DNA from: Chiloscyllium plagiosum
Lineage: Eukaryota
Assembly: GCF_004010195.1 (NCBI RefSeq)
Contig: NC_057718.1
Location: 88,926,229-88,990,228, forward strand
Direction: 5' to 3'
Length of the DNA: 64,000 nucleotides
How positions within the stretch are numbered: position 1 is the first letter of the stretch; every line of letters begins with the position of its first letter. Below, one piece after another: positions 1 to 12,532 of the stretch. The notes under the pieces were generated by a model. That model did no database searches. It saw only the letters and a list, made by a program, of their open reading frames with translations, and had not been told where the DNA came from. The position numbers were made by a program, and so were the translations under genes.

Positions 1-64
1 TAACATCTCCTCTAAACTATTAGCTCACTTTCTCAGTCTGTAGATGTTGGTGCAGTGTGGAAGA

Positions 65-415
65 ATCATAAATCCCCCAAACTGTAGAAGCAGGCCATTC
101 AACCCATCGAGTACACACTGATCCTCCAAAGAGCATCCCCCTGACCCACTCCATCCCTGTAATCCCACATTAACCATGGCTAATCTACCTAGCTTGCACA
201 TCCCTGAATGATATGGGCAATTTAGCATCCACTCAACCTGCACATCTTTGGACTATGGGAGGAAATCAGAGCACCTGCAGAAAATCCATGTGGAGACATG
301 CAGACATGTGGAGAACATGCAAACTCCACGCAGACAGTGTCTGAGGTTGGCATCAAACCTGGGTCCCTGGTGCTGATGAGGTAGCAATGCTAACCACTGA
401 GCCACTGTGCCACCC
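65..415 (-). mobile_element. HE1-like tRNA-derived SINE
   Basis: Reverse complement has the GGCACAGTGGCTCAGTGGTTAGCA tRNA head and the same body as the other copies in the window. Confidence 0.8.
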
Positions 416-2401
416 AGGAATGCTAATGTTTCTACTGGCTTGGTGCTTTGTGTTTGTACTTCCTGTTTGATTACTGGGTCGTTGTAGCCTGTTCTGCTTT
501 GTTGGTTTCTTTCATGATTTTCACTCTACCTGCCGAGCTCCTCTTGCAATCCCTGTATACCCTATTTGCCTTTCAGTTCTGTCAAAAGTCTGCATTTGCT
601 CCCCTACATACCTCTCATGTGCTGGTTAACTGTTTCTATCCAAACATTTTGCAATCCACACTATTTACTTCCCTGTGTCAGATATGATCCTGTGGTTCCA
701 GCGTGGCACTTCCAGCATTTTCTTTTTGATCAACAGTTCACTCACTGAATTGTGGGAGACTGTGCCTTTGATTGGTTCTGTGTAGGTGGGAAGGTTGAGG
801 CAGTTTATTTGTTATTTGTCGTTTGGAATTCAGTTGCCAGAATTTAAAAGGTATTTGGTTTGCTCTGTAGCTGGCATTTGGTTAATGTCAAAAACATACA
901 GAGAACAAAAGCTTTACACTCAACGACAAGCACGTTGTTGGCACAAAATAAGCTTTTGTTTATTCATATTGTTGACGAGGAGGGCATTAATTACCCTTGA
1001 GAAGGTGGAAGTGAGCTGCCTTCTTAGGGACACAGGAACAGGAGGAGGCCATTCAGCCCCTCAAGCTTGTTTCGCCATTCAGTGAGATCATGGCTGATCT
1101 GTGGCCTAACTCCATATACTTGCCTTTGGGCCATAGCCCTTAATACTTTTGCTGAACAAAAGTGTATCTACTTCAGATTTAAGATCAACAACTGACCTAG
1201 CAACCCATCTGGTAACCACCAGAATTCAAGGAATGTGCATTATTATCTCCGTGGAAACGGGCCACTGAAGACAGGATGGTCCTCTAGATGGCAACGTTAA
1301 GAGAAACATTAATGGCAATCTTAACCTGTAACATAAAGAACAACACAGGTTGGCCAAGATGGCACCTTTCTGCTCCAGATATCAGGACGTAAGGGGTTAA
1401 ATTATCTATATGAATAAATGTGGCATCTCTTTGAATTTAAAAGCTTGGAGACTGACCTCATCAAGTCGACCAAAGTAATAAAAGGATTCAATAGGCAAAC
1501 TAGAGACACAATTTCCTCTGCAGGGCAAGTTCAGCAGCATCATGGTAAAACCAGAGCCAAGCCCTCCAGGATGAAATGAGTAAGTACTGTTTCACACAAA
1601 GGATGGAGAGACTACAGAACTGCCTCTCCCTTAATATTGTGGCGACTGGGTCAAGTCTTAAGGAATAGATTTTTGTTAAATCAATATATCAAGCAGCAAA
1701 TGTGGTAGTGGTGATGGTGGTCTGGTGGGGGTGGGGGAAGGAGTTAAAACCAATCATGATCTAGATGAATCACGGGAACAAACTTAAAAGATGAAATAAC
1801 CACTCTCCTTTTCATTAATTTCTTAGCTATGCTTGAGCCTATTTGTTCAGGTTATCTTGGTTTAAAGGAAGAGAACGAAATAGATTTAACATTATCATCT
1901 TTCTCCTACTCTATTAAATACTGCAGGTTTATCATAAAGAGCCAGTCCCACTCATTAACAAAGTCCATTCCTATTTGAGATGTGTCTCGATGATTTATGT
2001 CTGGAGCTAGAAACCTTTTGAACCTCAGGTGGAGAGTGAAAAGGCTTAAGTTTTGATCCACCATTTGCATTTTCTTTACTAGCATATCTGGAGGATCAGA
2101 CTTGCTTTTAGAGAAACGGGTTTCTAGGACAAAGATGGATAAGCAGAAAGTGCAGGCAAAGCAGCAGATGGAATTTAATGTAGAGACGTGGATAATGGTG
2201 CATTTTGGCAGAAGAGATAAGAAGAGTCTAACTAGACTTAATGGTGGAGTCATAAATCATGTTCAAGACAGTGGGATCAGATGGTTCCTGTATGTAATCT
2301 CTGGAGGTGGAGGGATTTGTTGAGAGAATTGTACAAAAACAAAGTCATTTTGCTGAAACTTTCTGAAGCTTTCGTAGAGCCACAACTAGAGCACTGCATT
2401 G

Positions 2402-2616
2402 AGTTTGAGGCATGTCACTTTAGCAAGGATGTGAGCATCCTTGAAGTAACATCAAACATTAGGCATTGTGTTCTGAGCCTGGAAAACATTTTTTTTTTTA
2501 GATTACATTACAGTGTGGAAACAGGCCAGTTTGAGGCATGTCACTTTAGCAAGGATGTGAGCATCCTTGAAGTAACATCAAACATTAGGCATTGTGTTCT
2601 GAGCCTGGAAAACATT
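2402..2616. repeat. 89-bp perfect direct duplication flanking a 37-bp SINE/LINE tail fragment
   Basis: 2402-2490 is identical to 2528-2616. The spacer is T-run + TAGATTACATTACAGTGTGGAAACAGGCC, the SINE 3' end on the minus strand. Confidence 0.9.
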
Positions 2617-3277
2617 GGGTGGTTAATTATAACTAATACTGTATCCATTGTGAACAGCTCAAAGGTTGTGCTGTTTGATAGGATTGGTCAGTCACTACAT
2701 ACCCCGTATCACTGAAATTCTAATACTATTTTGCACAATAGTTTGATCAGCAAAACATTTGTTTGGCTGTATGGCAACATCTGTAGTAAAAAATACCATT
2801 CGTGTTGCTTCCAAATAGTTTACCCATTGCCCACATTTTTGAGAAATTTAACCTTTCCATGGTAACAATGTAGAATGCACATTCTTCAGATCAAAACAAG
2901 TGGCAGTCTTATTATTGAGTATGCACGATGAACAATCGTCATGAACTGACCAGTGTAACCATTAATCACATTTACCCATGATTCCACAATTGGGCAGCCC
3001 TTGCTGAACAATCTCAAGTGTGCTAAGAACTGTAAGGTTATCAGTTGGGCTCATAAGATACCACATCTTTGCTTGTTAGAAGCTCCATGTATTCATGCTC
3101 AGTAAACAGTCTTCTGCAGGAGATAAGAATCTGTAAAGGTATATTGGTATTTCTGAACCAAACAAAATAAGGCTGAGAGCAATAACATTCTTCATGGCTC
3201 AATAAATCAGAAGGGATTTGGCAACCAATCAGCACCCTTTCTCATGCAGTACAAATGGTTGTTACCTTTGACATTTG

Positions 3278-3397
3278 AGGAGAAAGTGAGGTCTGCAGAT
3301 GCTGGAGGGACTCCTCCATCGTCAGACCACAGCGAAACGACGGTTGGAGGAAGAACGCCTCATCTTCCGGCTAGGAACCCTCCAACCACAAGGGATA
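3278..3397. mobile_element. Short inverted Penelope-like insertion (terminal repeat fragment + GIY-YIG C-terminus)
   Basis: TSD ACCTTTGACATTTG at 3264-3277 and 3398-3411. Encodes GLLHRQTTAKRRLEEERLIFRLGTLQPQG, matching the ORF end of the element at 36.7-36.9 kb. Confidence 0.85.
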
Positions 3398-3619
3398 ACC
3401 TTTGACATTTGGCATTCTTGCATCTGTCCTGACGAGTGCAAGTTAAAAACCTTCAATGGCATGTCTCCTTTTTCAACACCAGATGTTCTGATAGAATCAG
3501 GCTGTTTATAATAGTTGATTTGTCAAAAAACAGGGACATACTTACATTATCAGATGTTAGTTATTTCGAAGAGTGTACAGGAGAAATGTCTTCACACACA
3601 GTTGTGAATCTGCGGATGT

Positions 3620-4267
3620 TTTCATTTATTCATTCATGGGACCTGGGCAGAGCTGGCAAGGCCAGCAATTATTGCCAATCCTGAACTGCCCAAGAGAAGG
3701 TGGACTTGAGCTGCCTTCTTGAACCACTGTCATTCATGGAGTTTAGGGATAATGTGGTTAAGAAGCAAGATGCAAGACTTCAATTCAGTAACAGCGAGGG
3801 ACCAGTGATACATTTCCAAGTCAGACTTTGCAGGTTTGTTAAGTGTTGTCAAGGGAGCATGCAGGGCTCCCTGTAGATGGCACACATTACTGCCACAGAG
3901 CAAGTGGTGAAGAGTATGTTAAAGTGATGGATTTGGTACCAATCATGTAGCCTGCTTTGTCCTGGATGGTGTCAAGCTTCTTGAGTATTCTATCATACTC
4001 CTGACTTGTACCTTAAGGGATAGGAATTGGGGAGAAACACGGTGAATTATCTGTGACAGAATTCCTAGCTTCTGACTTGGCCTTTTAACTGCAGTATTTA
4101 TATGGTTGATCGAGTTCATTTTATGGACAATGGTATTCCCCCAGGATATGGTTGTGGAGGAGTCAGCAATGGTAATGCATTGAATGTTAAGGGGCGATGG
4201 TTAGATCCTCTCCTGCTGGAGATAGTTACTGCCTTGCATATGTGCAACACAGACATTACTTGTCACT
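3620..4267 (-). mobile_element. Old LINE 3' fragment (CR1/L2 group; TTCATTCATGGGA...GAGAAGGTGG family)
   Basis: The same sequence recurs near 24667, 26910, 28640, 41720 and 58100, and adjoins RT-like remnants. Confidence 0.6.
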
Positions 4268-5208
4268 TAGAGTCATAGAGTCATAGAGATGTACGGCGTG
4301 GAAACAGATCCTACGGTCCAACTTGCCATGCCGACCAGATATCCCAACCCAATCTAGTCCCACCTGCCAGCACCCGGCCCATATCCCTCCAAACCCTTCT
4401 TATTCATATGCCCATCCAGATGCCTCTTAAATGCTGCAATGATACCAGCCTCCACCACTTCCTCTGGCAGCTCATTTCACACACGTACCACCCTCTATGT
4501 GAAGAAGTTGCCCTTTAGGTCCCTTTTATATCTTTCCCGTCTCACCCTAAACCTATGCCCTCTAGTTCTGGACTTATGTCTGCAAAAGCAGTAACATTCG
4601 AAAGGGCATTGTGTGTATACTTGGAAAGGAAACACTTGCAGGACTTAAAAAAGCAGGGAAGGGGAACTAACCGGATAGCTCTTTCAAAGTGCTGGCAGCA
4701 GCACAAAGGGCCAAACAGCCTATCCTAGAGTCATAGAGATGTGCAGCATGGAAACAGACCGTTCGGTCCAACCCATCCATGCTGATCAGATATTCTAACC
4801 TAATCTAGTCCCATTTGCCAGCACTTGGCCCATATCCCTCTAAACCCTTCCTATTCATATACCCAGCCAGATGCCTTTTAAATGCTGTAATTTCACCAGC
4901 CTCCACCACTTCCTCTGGCAGCTCATTCCATACATGCAGCAGCCTCTATGTAAAAACTTTGCCCCTTAGGTCACTTTTATATCTCCACCCCCCCCCTCAC
5001 CCTAAACCTACACCCAGTAGTTTTGGACTCCCCCACCCCAGGGAAATGACCTTGTCTATTTATCCTATCCATGCTCCTCATGATTTTATAAACCTCTATA
5101 CGGTCAACCCTCAGCCTTAGACGCTCCAGGGAAAACAGCCCCACCCTATTCAGCCTCTCCCTGATAACATCCTTGTAAATCTTTTCTGAGCCCTTTCAAG
5201 TTTCACAC
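4268..5208 (-). mobile_element. Two CR1 (HER1-like) LINE 3' fragments
   Basis: TAGAGTCA-type tails; minus-strand KLERAQKRFTRML motif typical of the CR1 ORF2 C-terminus. Confidence 0.75.
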
Positions 5209-6185
5209 TTGTCAGCCAAAACCCAGATTGTCCAGGTCTTTTGCATTTGAACATGCACTGCTTCGGTATCTGACGAGTCGCGAATGGTGCCGAACATTGT
5301 GCAATCATCGGAGAACATCCCCACGTCTGACCTGTTGATGGAGGGAAGATTATTGGTGCAGCAGCTGAAGATGGTTGGGGCCAGGACACTATCCTGAGGA
5401 ACCCCTGTAGGATGTTCTGGAGCTGAGAGTGACTAACCTCCAACAATCACGACCATCTTCTTTACGCTGGGCATGACTCCAACCAGCGGAGACCTTTCCT
5501 CTTGATTGCCGTTGTCTCCAGTTTTATTAAGGCTCCTCAATGCCACACTCCGTCAAATATGGCCTTAATGTCAGACACAGTCACTCTCACTTTATCTCTG
5601 GGTTTCAACTCTTTTGTCCATGCTTGGGCCAGGCTGTAATGAAGTCCGGACTGAGTGACTCCAACAAACTGAGTGTCAGACAGCAGCTTACTGGCACCAT
5701 TGACAACCCCTTCCATCACTTTGCTGATGATCGAGAGTGGACTGATAATGTGGTAATTGGCTGGGTTGAATTTGTCTTTTTTTTTGTGAATGGGACATAC
5801 CATGAGAAACTTCCAACCCTGCTGGGTAAATAATAGATTTTGTAGCTGAATTGGAACAGCTTGGCTAGGGGCACAGCTAGTTCTAAAGCTGTTTCTTGAT
5901 ATCATGTGGAGTGAACTGAATTAACTGAAGACCTGCATCTTTGAATGTTGGGGATCTCAGAAGGAGGCCCAGATGAATCATCAACTCAGCACCTTTGGCT
6001 GAAGATGGTTACAAGTATTTCAACTTTGTCCCTGTGCAAGCATATGCTACTCTCCTTTGTCATTGAGGATCGAGATATGTGTAGATTCTCCACTTCCTGT
6101 GAGCTGTTAAATTGTCCCCCACCATTCATGAGTGGATGTGTCAGAGCTGCAGAGTTTAGATCTGATCTGTTGGTTGCTTGGATTC
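5209..6185 (-). mobile_element. Decayed LINE reverse transcriptase (CR1/L2 group)
   Basis: Minus ORF VCPIHKKKDKFNPANYHIISPLSIISKVMEGVVN...DIKAIFDGVWH contains non-LTR RT motifs. Confidence 0.75.
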
Positions 6186-6277
6186 ACTTCCGGGGTTAGT
6201 GGTTGAGGCAAATACTGAGTCAATATTTAAAAATCGATTGGAAATGTGAAAGCAAAGGTGCTGATGAGATATGGGGA

Positions 6278-6493
6278 CAGTGAGGGCTTCAGATGCTGAA
6301 GATCAGAGTGTGGTGCTGGAAAAGCACAGCAGGTCAGGCAGCATCCGAGGAGCAGGAGAATCGATATTTCGGGCATGAGTTCTTCATCGGGAATGAGCCT
6401 CATTCCTGAGGAAGGGTTTATTCCCGAAAAGTCGATTTTCCTGCTCTTCGGATGCTGCCTGACCTGCTGTGCTTTTCCAGTACCACACTCTTC
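6278..6493. mobile_element. Palindromic Penelope-derived element (family A) with degenerate hammerhead cores
   Basis: Inverted arms centred near 6397 (GGAATGAG/CTCATTCC); flanked by duplicated GAGATATGGGRACA. Confidence 0.8.
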
Positions 6494-7172
6494 GAGATAT
6501 GGGAACAGAGCAAGTAAATGTGTTTAGATTAGACTATTTGTTTGTGTGGAGGGTAAACACTGATATGGATTAATTGAGATGAATGCTTTGTAAATTTGGA
6601 AGAGTTTTGATGGAATATAAAGGGAGAAACTATTTGACAGGCAGGACAATTAGTAATCAGGGGACACATATTTATGATAATTGGCCACAGAACCTACATC
6701 AATATGCTGGCAATTTTCTCTATGTAATGTGTTGGTACAATCTGGAACATATTGCTGCAATTATCTTGCTTCTAGCCATGGTGCAAGCTTGGATTCTGAT
6801 CAGTTGAGGAGGATGATTGAGTCCCTTCTTTTTAAAACCCCTCTTGGTCAGCCATATTAAAAAAAAATTTGTTTCCCTTTTAGCATAGAGCTGTCACAGT
6901 TCATTAAACTTGGTTAACCAGATTTTGAAGAAGTGAAGGAGAGCCAATCCCAAGGTATATTTCAGTGAAAGGGAGTGGAGTTTTATTACCAATTAAACTT
7001 TGAGAACAATAAGTAAACGTGACATCAGACACAGACACAAACATAAGGTAATAACTCAAAAGTTAGGGGGGGGAACAGCACAGCAGACAGGATTGTACTA
7101 GCAGTTGCAGGTTGGAGACTTTTTATTGAGTCCTTCAGCTGGGTCCTAATGGTTGTCCTGTTCACTCAGAAG

Positions 7173-7289
7173 AAGGGCTTATGCCCGAAACGTCGATTCT
7201 CCTGCTCCTTGGATGCTGCCTGACCTGCTGCGCTTTTCCAGCAACACATTTTCAGCCTCTGATCTCCAGCATCTGCAGTCCTCACTTTC
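7173..7289 (+). mobile_element. Single-arm Penelope-derived element (family A)
   Basis: 17-bp TSD TCCTGTTCACTCAGAAG at 7156-7172 and 7290-7306; contains GGGCTTATGCCCGAAACGTC. Confidence 0.85.
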
Positions 7290-7778
7290 TCCTGTTCACT
7301 CAGAAGTCTTGAAGCTCACAGATAGCCTTGATTTCTCAGTGAACAATGGATTTTTCAAGCTGTTTTGGAACCAGCACTGACATTTGAGGTGTAGAGAGAG
7401 GCAAGAGAGACCATCTTGCCGTTGTTGCTCACAAAACCTTGTCTGTTCTGCTGCTCAGAAGCGGCTGTTAATCCCTGTCCATTTGAGATTTCCTGGGCCT
7501 CTGCTTCTAAGCCAAATAGTCCACTGTCAACCTTTCATATCAATGATTAACTTCCAAAAAAAAGTGTGAATCATTGGAAGATACAGATCTAAGTTTCAGT
7601 GTCTTTTATAACTATGTTCACTTTGGCTTAAACTGATCATGTTTTTTGTTGGGCTTCATGAACTTGACTCAACCTGGTCAGGTGATGTCTGCAGCCATTT
7701 TAGGTCACTACTTCGTCTTTATAATTTCATTTTTAGACCATTTGATATTAGAATCAGTTGAATATTGATAGTCCTTTT

Positions 7779-8310
7779 TTATGTCTGTAAAAGCAGTAAC
7801 ATTCAAAAGGGCATTGTGTGTATACTTGGAAAGGAAACACTTGCAGGACTTAAAAAAGCAGGGAAGGGGAACTAACTGGATAGCTCTTTCAAAGTGCTGG
7901 CAGCAGCACAAAGGGCCAAACAGCCTATCCTAGAGTCATAGAGATGTGCAGCATGGAAACAGACCGTTCGGTCCAACCCATCCACTCCCTCACTCTAAAC
8001 CTACACCCACTAGTTTTGGACTCCCCCACCCCAGGGAAATGACCTTGTCTATTTATCCTATCCATACTCCTCATGATTTTATAAACCTATCTATTTTATA
8101 AACCTATCAATTTTATACCCTATCGAAGTCACAGGTGCTCTGAGCACAGTGCCCGCCTGGAACAGACAGGGCTTGCCACTGTCTGTCCCTCAGTCTCCAA
8201 CACTCCAGGGAAAACAGCCCCAGCCTGTTCAGCCTCTCCTTATAGTTCAAACCCTCCAACCCTGGCAACATCCTTGTAAATCTTTTCTGAACGCTTTCAA
8301 GTTTCACAAA
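7779..8310 (+). repeat. Local duplication of ~4574-5208 (rearranged)
   Basis: 7779-7984 is nearly identical to 4574-4779 across a repeat-repeat junction; ~7988-8088 matches ~4994-5095. Confidence 0.85.
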
Positions 8311-9134
8311 ATTCTTCTGTTAGGAAGGAGACCAGAATTGCACGCAATATTCCAAAAATGGCTTAAGCAGCGGCATCATGACCTCCCAACTCCTATACTT
8401 AATGCTCTGACGAATAAAGCATACCAAATGCCTTCTTCACTATCCTATCTACTGCGACTCTACTTTTAAGGAACTGTGAACATGCACTCCAAGGTCTCTT
8501 TATTCAAGAACACTCTACAGGACCTTACCATTAAGCGTATAACTCCCGCTCTGATTTGCCATCTCAAAATGCATCATCTTGCATTTATCTAAATTAACCA
8601 TCATCTCCCACTCCTCAGCCCATTGGCCCATCTGACTAAGATCCCGCTGTACTTGGTTTTGTGAAAACTGATAATATCTTTTGTCAATTTGTGTAATCAT
8701 TCTTACCTATCCTTTCATTTAATTTTAGGCTGTTTCATTAGCATGTCACAGTGCTTTGTGGCTGCAATGATAAGTCCGTTCAAAACTGGGTAAAAAATGA
8801 ACCACAGAGGGTTAAAACTCACAAAATTAAACAGTAATGTACACGTTCAGATTACTGACAACCTGAGGTCTCAAAAAAAAGGAATGGTACAGATCATAGA
8901 TCCGCTTGTTACAATCTTCCAAAATTCCTCTGATTCTGGAAGGTTCCCAGGGAATAAGAAAATAGCAAATGTAACAATTTTATTCAAGAAATAAGGGAGG
9001 CAGAAAACAGGAAACCATAAGTCATCTGTCATAGGGAAGGTTCTGGAATCCATTATTATGGACGTTATGGCAGGATGCTTAGAAAATCACAATGTAATCA
9101 GATAGAGCCAACAAAGCTTTGTGAAAGAGACTCT

Positions 9135-12100
9135 GGGCTGAATTTGACATTTTGGTTTGGCTAAGTGCCTGTTGTGTCAAGAGTTTTGGAGGAGTTTTCA
9201 CCATGAAGCCTGGCACGTTTCCTCGCTGCGTCTTCCAAAACTCCCCTCATTGAATACCCACCCTGCCCTTAAGGTGAACGTCTCACCTGGCCCATCTTAC
9301 CATGTGCCCTTCCCAGAACAACTTGCCATTCAGCAGATATCTGTCAGAAGACCAGCATCCCTTGCAACCTTGCCACCTTTAAAAGGCCCATTGTGTACCT
9401 AGACAATCATTGGCAATCCGGCATTGTTCCTCCCTGGTATCGTCACGGCAAAGCAGCCACAGAGCCACACCCCTTATGGCACACGGCTGGCATGACTGAC
9501 CTTTCCTTGCACACAGGGTCCTATTCACTCATCCTAGTCGTCCTTTAACCATAGGGCCAAATGCTTTACCTGTCCTTAGCTACGTCACATTTAAGTACCC
9601 TCTCTAAGTCACAGGTACTCTGAGCCCAGTGCCCACCTGGAACATGCATGGCTTGCCACTGTCCAGTAGGGGAACATCATGACAAGGGCAAGCAAGCAGA
9701 CAATTTCAAACAGGCGCGTTTATTTACAGACAGCACAAGTGATCACACATGAAATGAGGAGAGGCTACAGTTCACTTCCAAGTGCTGACATCAGGACCAA
9801 GGACTAATCTACTGTTAATGATGCTCTGCTTCATTCAGGAATCGGGTATCCTTCAGGTCCAGTCTGGCTAGTAGCACCCAACCCGCCTGAGTTCTGTCAT
9901 GTGCAAGGAGAGATTCTTTTTCCTCAGTGTCCTCATCCTCCTCAGAGGAAGACTGCTCCCATTCTCCTGATTCCTCAGTATCCAACACATCAACTCTTTG
10001 CCTACTCCGATTGTGCAGAGCCCAGCATGCTAGAATGGTGCGGCATGTTCTGTCTGGACGACACTGGAGGAACCCTCCCCCACCCCCAATTCCCTACCCC
10101 ATTACTCTGCTCCAAGCTGCATCTTCAGCAGCCTCTTTGTTTGCTCCCCCACAGCCCTGGCCACAGCCTGTGCACCAACTTGGGGAAGGTGCTGCCCAGC
10201 GTGAGTGACCACCAGGGAGTGCTCTGCTGGGCACCAATGCCCTTCCTGTTCCAGACGCACATCAATCATTCACTTCTTCATTCCATTCAGTAGAGCCTAT
10301 TGTTACACTTACATGATGTGCAGAAGTGAGGTGCCCTTTGTACCACACCACCCCTTTGGAAGTTTCACAAATGGGTAGCTTTTGGCCAGCAGTCTCCTCG
10401 TTTTAAGTAATTGCAGCTAATTTCTGAGATGATGATGTTCAATTTGCAAGCATCGAAGGCATAGTGCAAATGACTTCACATGACCCACATGTGAAGCCTA
10501 AGCACGTTCACTCTGCAGGTGTTCCACATGGTCAATGAAATCATTGGAAATGAAATGTAGTGGCATTTGCAAACACATGCCTCATGTATTTGCCCCTTTG
10601 ATGTTGTGGTGTCCAATAAATATAGATCCTTCACTTTCGCCCATCAACGTGACACTGACTGAGCCATCCCTGGGACTTTTCCAAGGTATTTCAAGATGCC
10701 ATAGCATCGAGAGAAAATCAAGTGTTGGCAGGGAAGACAGCTCATGGTGGACACCATTACCATTATCCTGGTTGCCTCCATGTTCCCTTTTACCACACAC
10801 GACACCAACAGCCCATTTCTACCCATCCTTCCAGTGTAGAGAGGCACCACGTTGAGCTTTTCCTGCAACTGCCCTGCGGGCTCTATGAGCCATGGCATTA
10901 CACCCTAAGGATGCCCACCCTGACCCTTTACTCTTCCCCTATGGAGGCCATAGTGGTGGTCCCTGTCGACAGCCCTACATCCCATGGCCTTCCATGCTTT
11001 CCCGTGATGTTCTGCGTACCCCCAAGTACATCTTGAGTTTCCCTCGTCACCAGCCTCATCCCTACCTCTCACACACGCCTCTGCTTTCTTCTCGCCAGTC
11101 TTGAATCCCTCACTCCTTTTGGCAGTGAGAGACCCACTGTTCGCACTGGCTCCCCTTGCACCTTCCTCAGTGATCAATGCATGAAACCTCAGGACTCTGT
11201 TCCCCAAGAATTCCAACCGACCTTGACTAAGTAGCCCCTAGGTATGACTGAGTAGGTCTCCCGGCTGCTGTACCTGTCTGATGATACACACTCCTCTGAC
11301 TGCTTATGATGGCCCTACACGACAGACTATTACCCGGACCCCAGCTGGACATATCCCCTGACCATGCTGTGCCCTAGAAAACAAATGACTGGACAAGCCC
11401 CTATGACCGGCAGGACTAGGACCTTGGACTAACAGCAGCACACACCCCCTCCACTAACCCACCATCCTGGAGAGGACTGAGGACTAAACCCCACCATCTT
11501 TCTAACCTGGCCGTTTGGTTCAGTGAGCATGAGTGTTTCTGCCACGCAGTCAACTGGCACATGCTCTTGGTGTTAGATTGACATCTCTATGTGTCATAAA
11601 GCAATATGTCACCAGTGCTGGCTGACAATCAGCCTGTCGGTGTCTCTGTGCAGTGGAGCACATCAATACTGACAACCTTTGGCTCTGGTTGAAGTGCCAA
11701 CATGCTAACATTGCAAGGCATGGATGGTGTGAGCATTCATGTAGGCACAAACCAGTGAGAAGGGAGTGAGCATTAAGGGAACAGGCAAGTAGCCCTGAGA
11801 TGCAGCCTGGTCCACTCCATGAGCTGGTCACTTGCACTTATGTGTAAAGTGTCCTTGAAGTTGCCTTTCAATGTTAGTTGCTGGGACGTCCTCCAAGCAA
11901 GTGGACAGGTGGGGCTGGCAAATGTCAGACGCCAATGTCCGTAGATGTAGGGTGTGTGCAGCTGGAGCACATTTACTATGTCCTGAGATAGGGTTAGGGT
12001 TAACCCTTGGTACTGAACACCATGGAGGCTATTTGCGGCCAATGGCAAGCTGAAATCACCAGCTACACACCTTGACTTCCACACGAAGAATTCTCAATCT

Positions 12101-12335
12101 CCAATTTGTTCGGCTTGTTAGGAAAGATAGGGAGATGAGGCTGGATGTGCCATTAAACAATCTATAATGCCTCTTAATCGCCAACTCAGTGCTGCGTAGA
12201 GAGAAACTCGTCTTGCCATTTGCCGGATACATAAAAGACACCGTGAGCTGCTCCCTGATATTGAGATGTAACTCATCAGATTTCTCACAGGATTCTGCCA
12301 CAAATTGCACTATAGTCTACAACATTCAGGCCCCC
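9135..12335 (-). mobile_element. Decayed PIF/Harbinger DNA transposon (~3.2 kb) with HARBI1-like transposase remnant
   Basis: My minus-strand translation of ~10160-9920 gives AQAVARAVGEQTKRLLKMQL and GGFLQCRPDRTCRTILACWALHN plus an acidic tail, matching the Harbinger DDE C-terminus. YISFP (~10550) and GMAQSVSR (~10650) lie upstream. Imperfect termini GGGCTGAATTT and AACATTCAGGCCC. It interrupts a CR1. Confidence 0.75.
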
Positions 12336-12532
12336 ATAACATTTACAGTAGATAGAGGATAGATGTAATGCATTTAGATTTCCAAGACAAATTTGATAAG
12401 GTGCCAGATCTAAGGTTAGCACATAAAATAGGAGCACATAGTTTAGGATGCAACATATTAATGTGGATAAAGGATTTGTTAATTAACAGAAGATAGAGAT
12501 TTGGGACAAATGGATATTTTCTCGTTGGCAAA

